From Andalucia godoyi And28 (Eukaryota; Protista; Jakobida), in NCBI GenBank assembly GCA_009859145.1, contig VRVR01000066.1:1419-65418 (forward strand): a stretch of DNA of 64,000 bases, read 5' to 3'. The position numbers and the translations under genes were made by a program. The notes beneath the pieces were generated by a model. It saw nothing but the letters and a program-made list of their open reading frames with translations. It was not told where the DNA came from and ran no database searches. This document shows, piece after piece, positions 19,941-30,983 of this stretch (its first letter is position 1; each line of letters opens with the position of its first letter).

Positions 19941-20879
19941 ATGGGGGTCTACAGGTGCGAACTCGATCGTTCTGTTTGGAAGGGAGACAAAATGGTCGTT
20001 GGGCCAGAGAAGTTTGATGATATGGTGCTTGCATATTTGGAAAAAGAAGCCTCTCAAAGCAACGAGGATGATGACGAATCGCCTTGCGACGAAAATATGG
20101 ACTTCGAAGTGGAGGACCCTGTCTCGAAGCCGAAAACAGTTGAAGAACGGGCAGACGAAATGCTCCAATGGATTCATGATTGCAATTCCAATGTCGCAGA
20201 CGGGATGATACATGATCCTCTTTTAACACTAGCAAAAGGCGAATGCTCGGATGCTGATGCGTCGCGTCTGTTCTTGAAAATCGATCGTCAGAGCGAGTAT
20301 CGCAAGATCCTCGGTATCGGGTTGTTCGCTCGAAGGGTTGCAACTTTGCTAGAATTGGAGAGCGTTGCGCACTCTGCAGATCAGTCAGCATTCTCTGTTG
20401 GAAGTCGGGGTTCTTTTACAGTCTTGGTGGAGCGTATGGTGGAATTGGCAGGCCAGTATTCTGACAACAGGCCGGAGAATTGGAAGGCTCGATTTTCACC
20501 AAACAAGATCGGCACGTATTTGGAATTGGCAAATTTGTATGTTGATTTTCCAGTTGTTCGCCGGCTTCAAGAGATTCCAGGAAAAGCATCAGCATACATT
20601 CGCAAAAGGGTTTTATTGAGACTTCGCGTCTTGCTGAATAATGAGCAGATGTTCCATGAAAATGCGCTCTGTGTGATCCACGACGCAGAGCTTGCGCCGC
20701 AGCAAAGTGCGGAAGCATATCTTTTTGATGATTCACCGCTGCCACTTCGTTCAAAGAAGAATATTGTGATGCTCAATCGCAAAGAGAGGAGGTCTGTAAT
20801 GCTGAAGAAACGAAGAGATCGTGTTCTTGCATCCCAAAAGCATATGAAGGCTTATTCACAACCTTTAAAAAGTAAATGA
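19941..20879 (+). CDS. Hypothetical protein (312 aa) with an unrecognised helical domain shared with 28265..29506
   Basis: Motifs SEYRKILGIGLFA and SPNKIGTYLELA, plus a basic C-terminal tail. Confidence 0.7.
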   Translation: MGVYRCELDRSVWKGDKMVVGPEKFDDMVLAYLEKEASQSNEDDDESPCDENMDFEVEDPVSKPKTVEERADEMLQWIHDCNSNVADGMIHDPLLTLAKGECSDADASRLFLKIDRQSEYRKILGIGLFARRVATLLELESVAHSADQSAFSVGSRGSFTVLVERMVELAGQYSDNRPENWKARFSPNKIGTYLELANLYVDFPVVRRLQEIPGKASAYIRKRVLLRLRVLLNNEQMFHENALCVIHDAELAPQQSAEAYLFDDSPLPLRSKKNIVMLNRKERRSVMLKKRRDRVLASQKHMKAYSQPLKSK

Positions 20880-21129
20880 TGTTGCTGCGTGTTTTTGGTT
20901 CGAGATGAATTCTTTTCTCTTTGCCTCCTCGATTGTCGAAAACTGCCAAGACTTCGTATGAATACACTGTATGTCCAGCACCTCCTTTTTTTGCTCATGC
21001 GCCACAGACTTCATATTCCTTCAGGGAAAAAACAAAACCTCAGAGACTCTATTAAAAACATTCTAAGAAACATGAAGGATCATTCCGTTTTTATGTCCAC
21101 CGACAAATTTCAACAGCATAATAACGACA

Positions 21130-23037
21130 ATGGACAGTATTTCGTACACTAAGGAAGTTTGCAGCCTTTTGCAATTCAAAAAGAGTTCGCCGAGCCGAAA
21201 CAAAATTGTTCGAAGCGCATTGGTCGTACTCGCTGCATGGGGCAACACGACATCGCAAATCAAATGGAAGACAATCAGGGATGTTACTCAATATTACACC
21301 GTCTACCAGGGCCAACAGGACGAAGCAAATTGGATTCATGAACTAGCAATGGCTGTGGAAGAGCGAGCATCCGCAAACTTGCATTTCGAGGAACAGCGAG
21401 ACGATTTCTTTTTCAACATGACTTTTGACAAACAAGTTGGCAAAATCTGGAATGAGACAACAGTCAACGTTTCTGCGTTGCGTACCGATCAATTTTCTGC
21501 CATTCAAGTGCTGCACAGTCATTTTCGAAAAACGAATGCAGTACGACAAGAGATTCAAAATCTGATTATTCATCGTCATATCTTGCGACGCCGACTGGAC
21601 GACAAAAAAATTCTCATGGATTCCCAAGAAGCCAGTGTCGTGTGCCTGACATTGAAGCTGCGTAGTGTCGAAAATCGACTCCAAAATTTAGTTCGCACCC
21701 AATTTCCGCTGCAAATTCAATTACCCATGGGTGCTGGGAAGACAGGCGTTGCCGTCACCCTACCATTTGGACTATCCAACGGACGTGTTCTTTTTGTTGC
21801 AGCCAACAGAACGATTGGTATTGCAACGGCAATTGATGCATCATGGGAGTCTCCCACATCATTTTTGCGCAAAAACAATGTGATTGGCAGTGTAGACCAC
21901 GCCCATCCGCGTGTTGCATGGATTGGAAGAAATGGAGCGTCCGACGACAAGAAAGAAACGGAGAAAAGGTTGACGTCTAATGGAGTGATCGTCGTAAGCC
22001 CTGACTGTCTTAATACCCTCAGCAACTGTTCATTTGTCGTGACGACTCGTTCGATGCTTCAACAAACATCACGTGTTCTGCAATGGTTTACACCAAGCTT
22101 CTTTGACACTGTGATTGTTGATGAGTCCCATCATGCAGCGTCTCCCACATACGTCAGGATCTGGAAGAAACTGCATGGATCGCGATTTGTGTACATGACC
22201 GGTACTTCAAAGCGTGCAGACGGAAAAGTCATTCGTGCGAAGACAGTCTACTCAGTTTCTCGCGCAAGCATGTTGGAAAGTAACATCTGGAAAACGATCA
22301 CGGTCAACATAATCGATGTAGAACGTATGATGATCAAGAATCCCTTGGGAATGGTGACACGGTTTCTTTCCACGGACGAGGTGCGCCGAGCAGGGTACAA
22401 ACGATGGGTTAGGCAGCAAGTTGCTTGGTCTACCACATCAATCCTTGCAGTCGTTGGACGTGTTCTTGAAATTCTAGACGAGAAAAACCAGCAAGGATCC
22501 GAAGTACGGCATCAAGCAATTCTGCAGGCATGCAATCTCAAACATGCTGTCAAGATTTTGCACTTGTTCAACACTCATGCCCAAAATCATCGAGGATTCC
22601 GTGCCATAGCAATAGGATCACGAGACGATCCGGAAACGGGAGAAAAATTAGCGACCGAGCGTCAGAATCGGCTGGATAGGTTCGGCAACGGTGAGTATGA
22701 TGCGATTGTGCACGTCGGCACGCTTGGTGAAGGGTATAACAACCCCGCTTTGTCAATTTGCGGAATCTTGCGACCATTTGCAAGTCGGCAACCGCTCGAT
22801 CAGCTGCTGGGGCGGATTATTAGAGTGTTTCCTGCCGATACTCCAGGTCTACGTCCAGAAATTGACAATCGCGCTGTGATTGTCACGCATTCAGCTCTCG
22901 GTCTAAACACCATGATTCGGAAGTATGTTTCAGAAGGAAAACATCGACCATTATGGAAAGGGGTCTCATGGGACAGGAAGATATCTGATTCAACTGAGGA
23001 AACTGGACAGTCTGTTACTGTCACGGAACTAATATGA
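21130..23037 (+). CDS. Superfamily 2 helicase, ResIII/DExH type
   Basis: Motif I LPMGAGKT, motif II VIVDESHH, motif III MTGT..RADG, motif V VGTLGEGYN and motif VI QLLGRIIR. Confidence 0.9.
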   Translation: MDSISYTKEVCSLLQFKKSSPSRNKIVRSALVVLAAWGNTTSQIKWKTIRDVTQYYTVYQGQQDEANWIHELAMAVEERASANLHFEEQRDDFFFNMTFDKQVGKIWNETTVNVSALRTDQFSAIQVLHSHFRKTNAVRQEIQNLIIHRHILRRRLDDKKILMDSQEASVVCLTLKLRSVENRLQNLVRTQFPLQIQLPMGAGKTGVAVTLPFGLSNGRVLFVAANRTIGIATAIDASWESPTSFLRKNNVIGSVDHAHPRVAWIGRNGASDDKKETEKRLTSNGVIVVSPDCLNTLSNCSFVVTTRSMLQQTSRVLQWFTPSFFDTVIVDESHHAASPTYVRIWKKLHGSRFVYMTGTSKRADGKVIRAKTVYSVSRASMLESNIWKTITVNIIDVERMMIKNPLGMVTRFLSTDEVRRAGYKRWVRQQVAWSTTSILAVVGRVLEILDEKNQQGSEVRHQAILQACNLKHAVKILHLFNTHAQNHRGFRAIAIGSRDDPETGEKLATERQNRLDRFGNGEYDAIVHVGTLGEGYNNPALSICGILRPFASRQPLDQLLGRIIRVFPADTPGLRPEIDNRAVIVTHSALGLNTMIRKYVSEGKHRPLWKGVSWDRKISDSTEETGQSVTVTELI

Positions 23038-23315
23038 AATAAACTAAAGGAAGTCTTAGGTGCTTGTGCAAGCGAATGAACGCCCAGCCCAGAATGTCCA
23101 ATATCGACACATGTCGAACGAGAGGCACCGCGCGAAATTCTGCACGAATCAAAGGATTCGTTCCCTGCTTGTGCACGAATCGCATGGCCGCTGCTCTTAA
23201 ACCGGCTCTGTTGCGCTTCTTTTTCTGTTCTTTTCTCTTTTTTCCTTTCCTTTTTCTTTTATTTCGAAAGACAATCAAAATTTTCTGGTTCTGGGTGGTC
23301 ATTTATCATTCTCGA

Positions 23316-24248
23316 ATGGAAGACCTGCTTGATTTGGGCTGCTTGACTGAGCTGTCGATAGTTGACAGTTGGATGCAGTACAATGGCGAAATTGACGGAT
23401 CGTCTTCCAATGCGGAGTCCATGGTTACTTCGTCTTTTTCTAACTCCTCTTCAGTTCAGCCGGTTGAAGCTTCCGAAAATCCGACGGTGGTCTTGATGTC
23501 AGACGTTGATGACAGTCATTCTTCGAAGGTGACTGTTTCTGAAACGACGAGTTCATCGCCTCACGGCTCTTCGGTTCCTTCCTTTATCCTGAATTGGTTT
23601 CTAATGCCTGCAAATGGACTGTTTAGCAAGTCTGTTGAATTTCTGGGACCGGATAACACAGCAGGCACAATTACGGTTAAGTGGTACCACACATCCGCCT
23701 TTTCATCCGCCAAAGCGAAGTATTTCGAAATGCGCGAAGTGGAGCCGTCTAAAACTCTGATCTTTCAAAACAAGGAGGGTGTTGTGGAAGTGCTGCTTTC
23801 GTTTGCTCGTGGGGATCCGGTATGTGCGCAGACTTTCTTACTCTTGGAAGAAGAGAATACTCGAACTCTCATGCCGTTTCATACCGAGATTGGAGACGAC
23901 GCGAGGTTCAGTTTGAATTTTCTTCCTGCGGAATCCCAATCACTTGCAAGTCACTCTTTCCGCTTCACGCATTGTACCTCGCGGAAGAATAGGTTTGCGC
24001 GGTTGTGTGTGTTCGTGATGATTCACGATCAGGTAGTATGCCGCGTAGAGAGTCATTCCTTCTGTATCATATCGAAACTGCCGTCCGGTGCAAAGGTCGG
24101 CAACTTGGCTTTCTGCCACAATGTTCTTTTTTGCATCATCGATGCATTTTTCTTTCTCTTGCACATGCTTGTGGAGCACATCCAATGTATAATGCTCTGT
24201 TCCTGTGCGTCAATCGCATCCACAAGGATCGCAGTGCTCAATGTATAG
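23316..24248 (+). CDS. Hypothetical protein with an acidic/Ser-rich N-terminus and a beta-rich domain resembling Ig-fold DNA-binding domains; possibly spliced
   Basis: ATG at 23316 after a T tract. Segment FRFTHCTSRKNRFARLCVFV...ESHSFCIISK. A possible phase-0 intron at 24096-24226 (AAG/GTCGGC ... CCACAAG/GAT) would join it to the frame ending at 24505. Confidence 0.5.
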   Translation: MEDLLDLGCLTELSIVDSWMQYNGEIDGSSSNAESMVTSSFSNSSSVQPVEASENPTVVLMSDVDDSHSSKVTVSETTSSSPHGSSVPSFILNWFLMPANGLFSKSVEFLGPDNTAGTITVKWYHTSAFSSAKAKYFEMREVEPSKTLIFQNKEGVVEVLLSFARGDPVCAQTFLLLEEENTRTLMPFHTEIGDDARFSLNFLPAESQSLASHSFRFTHCTSRKNRFARLCVFVMIHDQVVCRVESHSFCIISKLPSGAKVGNLAFCHNVLFCIIDAFFFLLHMLVEHIQCIMLCSCASIASTRIAVLNV

Positions 24249-25848
24249 ACAATGTAAATTGTTTGATAACAATCTTACACATGAATCATGCAATCCAGTT
24301 TTCCATGAGCAACACACACTCCCAAAGAATCCTTCAAACAATCGTCTTCAAAACCAATGCAGACTCCGGCGCACAGCTTTCAGGAGTGCATGATTTGGCA
24401 TATTATATCGATTCATGTAAGAATACATGGGCATCTTCGCCGTTTCGTGCTCACTGCAGGACAGCCCAAATACGCTTACTTGTTTGTTGCTGCCTAAAGA
24501 ATTAATGAATTTAGAAAATATGGATCTGCTCAACTTTTTTGTGCTCTTTTTGTTCTTCTCAAAGCAGGTGTCGTGGGCCCACGGCAAGGGCCTGCAGAGG
24601 GTATCTAAAAACATGACTGAGATCAATGGCAATCCGCCCTGTGCAAAACAATTGCTCCACAATTTTCCTTCCATGAATGCTGTCTCGACGAAATAGTAAT
24701 AAACTCGAAAATTATTTGGATTTCAAATGCGTCCGTTGTAATTGGTCCCCATCTTTCATCTTGCACCACTGGAGCAATGGAATGTATCTAGTTTATTTTC
24801 ATTCGCGGAAGAACGCTTGCTGCGTTCTCATGTCTACAAGCACGTCGTCCGTTCGAAAGAGGCATCTTTGACCACTTGTTTCTTCATTCATCGACTGCTG
24901 GTTTTGCAGAAATCTTGCTTGGATCGTCTGAGATTTCAGGTGGATAAGTTTCACGAATTGCATACGATTGTCTTAGGCTAGGAAATGTTCTACCAATCAC
25001 ATGGCAATCCGCAGAACAGATTCTCAACATCTACAAATGTGATTTGTTAGGCTTACGTAAAGCGAACAACAGATATTCAATGAAGTTGTCTTGCGATTAC
25101 CATTACAAATCATAAATTCGTGAATTCACTAGACCTTTTATTCAACCACCATTTAAGAAGATTGAAGCATGGAGTTTCGAATGCTTCTTCAAATGCATTC
25201 CATCAAGCAAAAACAAGCAAATGCAAGCACTGATCGTGCGGTCGTCCATGAACAACACCGTGACACTGGCAACTAAATGGCAAGCACTAGAATGATCGAA
25301 TGAAATGAAAATCTCAACCTCTATTCAATTCAACTCACAGATGAATAAAGAGAAAATAGATGGTTTAATCAAGAAATGAAATTGACGAAATGCAATAAAA
25401 CCTTTTTTGCATTCTTCAGTTTTGCAAGAATTGCAAAACGAAACAGTTCGCTCTCTGCGATACAGCCACCCAAGTACAGAACGTCGCTGATACAGAAAGA
25501 CTTGAAAACCCAAGATGACTGACCTGCGCCAAAGTTAGTCATTACTGAACAAAATGCAAACAGCGTTTAAAATGGCTCAAGTTGTTGACGACGGTGATTA
25601 CTCTCTGTAATTGTCATGAACACTACGCAGCATACTCGGATGAATGCATTGCTTCATGGCACGCTTCCTTTTGATTTTCACATCACTCATTCAGAGTAAA
25701 CAGCGTCATGAATAAGACAAATCACACTGGAGATAAATGAAATCAAGAAGAATACCGCTCAGAATGCTGCAGGAAAGCCACGAGAATCGCGCTCAACCAG
25801 GAAATCAAGAAAATTCTTTGAAACTATTGAGACAATTAATGCTTACCA

Positions 25849-25978
25849 GATTTTGGCAATTTTGGCAAGTGTTCTCCAAAACAATTTTCTAAAAAGTTTC
25901 AGACCAGCTTCATCAAAAAATATTTTGTGAAGATCAGTTTCTTGGAAAGATACTTTCTAGATTTTGGCAATTTTGGCA
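25849..25978 (+). repeat. Paired 19-bp motif unit 1 (direct pair)
   Basis: GATTTTGGCAATTTTGGCA at 25849-25867 and 25960-25978; unit length 130 bp. Confidence 0.95.
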
Positions 25979-26669
25979 TCTTCTAATATGGATGTTGTTG
26001 ATACAATACCAACTGGTTCCATCATGAGACGCTTCCTGCAGCTGTATGAGAAATATCGGTTAGCTATCAAATGCATGGTTAATCATGGAACTGAGCTCGC
26101 TTTGGACTCTGAAATCACGAGCAACTTGTGACTAACATTCAAAGAATCGAGTGTGGCATGGTATCAAAATCTTCTCTCCTCATCCAAATCGAATCTCGTT
26201 TCGTTTCATGAGTATCAGATATTCATGGCTTCTGGTGGAAAGGTTTTCATAAAGATGCATGTATACACTTGATGGGGAAATTTCACCAATCATGATGCGC
26301 CTGAGCCTCTAAAACACTGCTGTGAAGCAGAATACAATCGCGTCATTGTTCACAAAGGAAACATCCTGGAATCACCTTGAAACATAGAAAGCAGAAGGAA
26401 AATCGCATTCTAATGAACAGACAGAACAAAGAATTCCCGGAATCTTTTGCGGATCATAGAATGGCATGAATCCAGTAATGTCTTCCAAATTCTTGTAAAA
26501 CAAAACAACATGACAAATTGCGCTGCTCTTCACAACATCAACAGTAGCACATGTGCAACAAGAGTGAATGTGGTAGTATTTTACATGAAAATAGTAGATT
26601 TGATACTGTGCCAGTTGAAGAGAGAACAAAACTGGACAAAAGAAGAGGAAAACTGGGACCTCACACACT

Positions 26670-26692
26670 AGAAAAGTTCTCCGAGAGAACTT
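26670..26692 (+). repeat. 23-bp hairpin-forming repeat, copy A
   Basis: AGAAAAGTTCTCCGAGAGAACTT; its exact reverse complement is at 40345-40367. Internal stem AAGTTCTC-CGA-GAGAACTT. Confidence 0.85.
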
Positions 26693-28264
26693 GAACTTTG
26701 AACCTGAAAGTTTTTCCTCTAAAATTCTGCAAATTCTTCAAAAGATGCAGTTCGATCTTCGCAAAAAAATGCCCTTTCGATTGGTGTGGAGATCGTCCAC
26801 CAGAGAATAGGACTTCACAGTTAGAAGAGTGAAACTGTTAGAGAACGCTGCCAAGCTTATGGAAGAAAATAAGAAAAAGAGAACACACAAAAACTCCAAT
26901 TCTTGTCGGAAGATGCAGTCCCAAACACGAAAACCTCAAAATATGCATCCGTGCAAGACAATCGTTGTGGAAAAGGAGGTTTTGGTTTTTTTAATGAGCC
27001 GAGGTTTCGTGAAAGTTTGAAATGCCTATTTGAAATCATTGCCGATACTGAAAATTCTTCACTGAAAGAATCTGGATCTAGCAAAACTGTGTGTCTTTAA
27101 AATCGAAGAATGTTTTCGAGAAATTTGAGAAGGAGATTAGTTATTTGCAAGACAATTCTAGTTTAATGTTTATCGCTGCAATGAAGACGGTTCTCACTGA
27201 TTATCGAGGACCCTTCAGGTGAGTGATGGACAGTCTGTGATGCAGCAGCATTTCCACATGACAGAAGCCACAACTCAACGCCCATCCTCTGCTTCAAGAC
27301 TTGTTGTGATCTAGAGACAAGCTTTCCGACAAAGGTCGCTGTCGTCAATATTGTTTTTTTGAAGAAGGAAGTGGTTTTCTGGTATTGTGATCTCGTTTGA
27401 TCTGCATTCGTTGATGAGAATTTCTGGAGATAACCTTTTCTTTGTATCCTTGCGATTACCGTGTTATTCTTCTTGCTTACGTGAAGGCTCTTTGCCATAC
27501 CTGACTTCATGAAACACCTGTTTCCGTTTAGCACCACACTCGGACATGATTCGCTGTGGTGACAGCGATCAAAGACAGCGACAATTCCGCGTCTCAATCA
27601 AATCAAGTACTTCCTGTGGTTTTGTTTGAAAAAAGATTGCGACGAATGAGAATTTGTTGTTGAGTGAAATTCCTCCACCGCAGCCTGAAGAATTGCACTC
27701 ATTGTTGGTTCTCTAAAAGAGCATTACTCAATGGAAATCTCACACCAAGCAGACTTTCTAACATTGCATCGGCAACGCATTTTCATTTCCAATTTCAAAA
27801 TGGAGCAGGGATAAACGTGTTTGTAATTGATTTCTTTTCGCTTAGAGATCGATGTGCAGTACGATTCCAAGTATCCCAGAAGACGCTCAACTAGAAGCGA
27901 TGACCTTCTGGTGTTGATGCTGTCGAAAGTTTTCGGTTTGTGTTCTTTTTGTGATGGTTTACTGACAGCGCTGTATGTTTATTGTATTCCACGAATCCTT
28001 TTGCATTTGTCACAGTTCGCAATGTCATCAATTTATGTGGCTTCATGTTGTCGAGTTTCTCCTATTTTCAGTACATACTCGGTCCACCAAAAAGCAGCTT
28101 CCAAAAGGAAAGGGAAAACTGGATGCTAGTTCAACGGCTTGTTCCAAATTCCCATTTTGTTATTTTTGATTTCTTTATGGAATCAGTATTTTTCCTCCCC
28201 CGTCTTTTTCCCCATCATTTCAGCAACCGTCTTGCCTACTGGATCATCCCTAAAAATAACGCTC

Positions 28265-29506
28265 ATGAGCGCAACTGCCAAGTCCGAAGAATCTGAACAC
28301 AAGATGAATACTCGTCTTACTTTCGAAGAGCGAGCAGAGTTGATTATGAGAGCGCCACAATCTGCGAACTATAAGGTCCTCACAATCTGTTTTTGGGCCA
28401 AAGCAGTGAAAACAATGGACTGGAAACCGATAATTAATGGTTATACATGTTACATTCGCAAGTCTCTACGAAGCTCTCAGTATGAGAAAATTTTGTGTGC
28501 TGGCTTCATTGCACAGTTCATGGAGGATGTTACCATGGTTGAAGAAACGAAGAATGATTTGCGAATACTCAGCGACAAGATTTTCGGAGACAAGAAGCCG
28601 AGCCCGAACAAAATATGCACATATAAGAAACTAGCGAAGATCTGGAAATCGTCTGAGTATTTTAGGAAACTAGACTTCTCCAAGCTCGGGCGACTAGACG
28701 ATTTGTTTTCAATCGAGACTCTCAAACTGGTGAAACGGAAACTTTCTGCCAACAAGTCGTCGCTGCAGCAGATGATGTGTTCACTTCTTCCGAACGCATC
28801 TGTTGCAGAACGTCGAGCGTTTCAGCTGTTCCTTGCTTTTTTTCTTGTCGTTCATCGTATTCCACTTTGGTATGGAAAATACATCATGAATTTCTTCTTG
28901 TGTCATCGCAAACTGCCGGATGCTATTTCAAAGTTCCTGCGCAACAGCTTTGACTACAATATTTGTCCTGAAGTGCAACAGATTTTTTGCAGCCATTCCG
29001 AATTGCTTAGCTATGGATTGGACAAAAATGATTGCATACGCATAGAAAAAGCAACGCAAAGCCTCCAGCCAGTCCGATTGAATGTCCCCTGGTGGCCGTT
29101 TTGGGAGGAAAAAGGAACTCGTTCGTGGATAATGCAAATGAAGAGTCCGAAATGGTGGGCAAATGACACACAACAGGAGTCAATCACAAGCATTGCTCAG
29201 TATCTTGAGATTGTCTCAACACATTGGGAAGAGCGAGAAGTTATGGAAATGGAACTCACAATAATATCCTGCATTGCAGACGTACAGTTCATCGTCAAGA
29301 ATGACGAAAATCGGAAGGTTGTAAATGTCATTTCCGCTAGTAGATCAGATGCTCCTGTGTTTCGAAAGCAACTGACCCTTGTTAACAGAGCCGTAATAAG
29401 TGCATCGACAGCTTCGTGTCCAAATGGGCTGGTCAGTGCACCGCAAAAAAGAGATCGCGACGTATCCGATGTTGATGAACAGCCTGCTAAACGAAAGCAA
29501 CAGTAA
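28265..29506 (+). CDS. Hypothetical protein (~413 aa) sharing an unrecognised domain with 19941..20879; C-terminal NLS-like motif
   Basis: ATG at 28265 after a pyrimidine tract. Motifs SQYEKILCAGFIA and SPNKICTYKKLA; ends PAKRKQQ. Confidence 0.75.
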   Translation: MSATAKSEESEHKMNTRLTFEERAELIMRAPQSANYKVLTICFWAKAVKTMDWKPIINGYTCYIRKSLRSSQYEKILCAGFIAQFMEDVTMVEETKNDLRILSDKIFGDKKPSPNKICTYKKLAKIWKSSEYFRKLDFSKLGRLDDLFSIETLKLVKRKLSANKSSLQQMMCSLLPNASVAERRAFQLFLAFFLVVHRIPLWYGKYIMNFFLCHRKLPDAISKFLRNSFDYNICPEVQQIFCSHSELLSYGLDKNDCIRIEKATQSLQPVRLNVPWWPFWEEKGTRSWIMQMKSPKWWANDTQQESITSIAQYLEIVSTHWEEREVMEMELTIISCIADVQFIVKNDENRKVVNVISASRSDAPVFRKQLTLVNRAVISASTASCPNGLVSAPQKRDRDVSDVDEQPAKRKQQ

Positions 29507-30850
29507 AAACACGATGCATTCCGCCGTCGACGGAGCTTGGAGTCTTTTCGTTACGGATGCCTAAACAAAATTAACGAAGACAGTGAATTTGAAGAGAGAA
29601 TTCAAAGACACGATGGTTGATCTTTGCCAAATTACAATAATCATAAATGTTTACTTTGAGAACTTGTCCATTATCCATGGAATCGAACAGGATTGTGAAT
29701 AGATTCGTGCAGACACAGCATTATCATAGAATTTAAACATGCGCATCCAAAGCATCAGCACAAACAGTGCGAATCACAATTTCGTCTTGAACTGTATCAA
29801 GGAATTGAATAACTTGTCCTGCTGCCAATTCTTACAATAAAAATAATTCAAGGTCACGAAGTAGGAAATAATTACATCCAACGATGTGAACCTACCATTG
29901 AAAAGAATGCAACTGTGACATTTGATTTTATTGCTTGGTGCGCTTTCTTGTTGTTCTTTTTCGTAAGAAGCATCACGCAACTATTCTTTCCTTGAATTCC
30001 TGCCAATATCGAACGTTCCGTTTTGGAGTTTATGCTGAGACAACTGTATCATCCACAAGTAACTTCGCTGCTCAAATTTTTGGAAGTCAAGAAATTGTTT
30101 TTTTGGCCTTGTCCCAAATTTTTCCGAGACGATTTTCATTTCTTATTTCCAAAATTGGTTTTGGTGATAGGATGTCTTTTAAACTTTCCTCTTTCACCAG
30201 CATGCACATTTCGGTCTCGCCTCCACAGTTTGCGTGGTTTGAATCTGTTTGCTGCATTCAAAGGCTTCTCAATGAATGTTTCATGTTTGAAATTTGGTTT
30301 TTTGGGTATTCGGGGACAGGCGCTGAGAGGTCAAAAAGCAGAAGTTTTGTAATGGAATTCCTCTACTGAAAACTCTCAAATAATTCGAGCTTGGTGATAT
30401 CAGTGGAAGATCTTGTCGCTGCACCCATTAAGATGCTTCTTAGAGAAAAGTTCCGCTCTTTTTCTTATGAACAGTGGTAGAGGTTGAAGGATAGTGTCTC
30501 TCCGATTTGCTGTTTATTCACGTTTCGCATATCGGGCTTCCCTCAAAATGATCCAGAATACAGTCTTATACACTGACGCGGGCTCTTCATGTCACTTCTT
30601 TCAAAAGCTAGAATCTTAAGCAGATCTTGGACTGTGTTTTCGATGTCTCAAAGTATCTAAATGAAGCATCAGTTTCGATTTTTCCAGCTTTGACTTCGCA
30701 ACTTCTATGTAACCAGCTAGTCGTATTCTTTCTTTGTTGCATGTTCAATTCTCGATCATTTCAAATGGAATGAGAGTCTTGGTGCAAAAGATGTTCATCA
30801 TTCTAGATGTTCATTCATTCCTGATGCTACAAACAAAAACATTTGTTGCA

Positions 30851-30983
30851 TGCCAAAATTGCCAAAATCCCAACAAGAATATCATTTCATTTTTTGGAGA
30901 AACCACTGTCTGAGATTTTCTTACATCCCACTTCTGAAGTTCCAAATTTGACATTTTACTTTTAGATTTTGGCAATTTTGGCA
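30851..30983. repeat. Paired 19-bp motif unit 2 (inverted pair, MITE-like)
   Basis: TGCCAAAATTGCCAAAATC at 30851-30869 and GATTTTGGCAATTTTGGCA at 30965-30983; 133 bp. Confidence 0.95.

Noticed and set aside
23064-23315. Hydrophobic, Phe-rich N-terminal extensions of ORFs 23064, 28139, 48521, 51431, 59976, 60143 and 19528 as signal or TM segments
   Set aside because: They are translations of the upstream T/C tracts from TTG/GTG starts; better ATGs lie just downstream.
26670-26692. Heat-shock element
   Set aside because: The GAA/TTC spacing does not fit alternating nGAAn pentamers.
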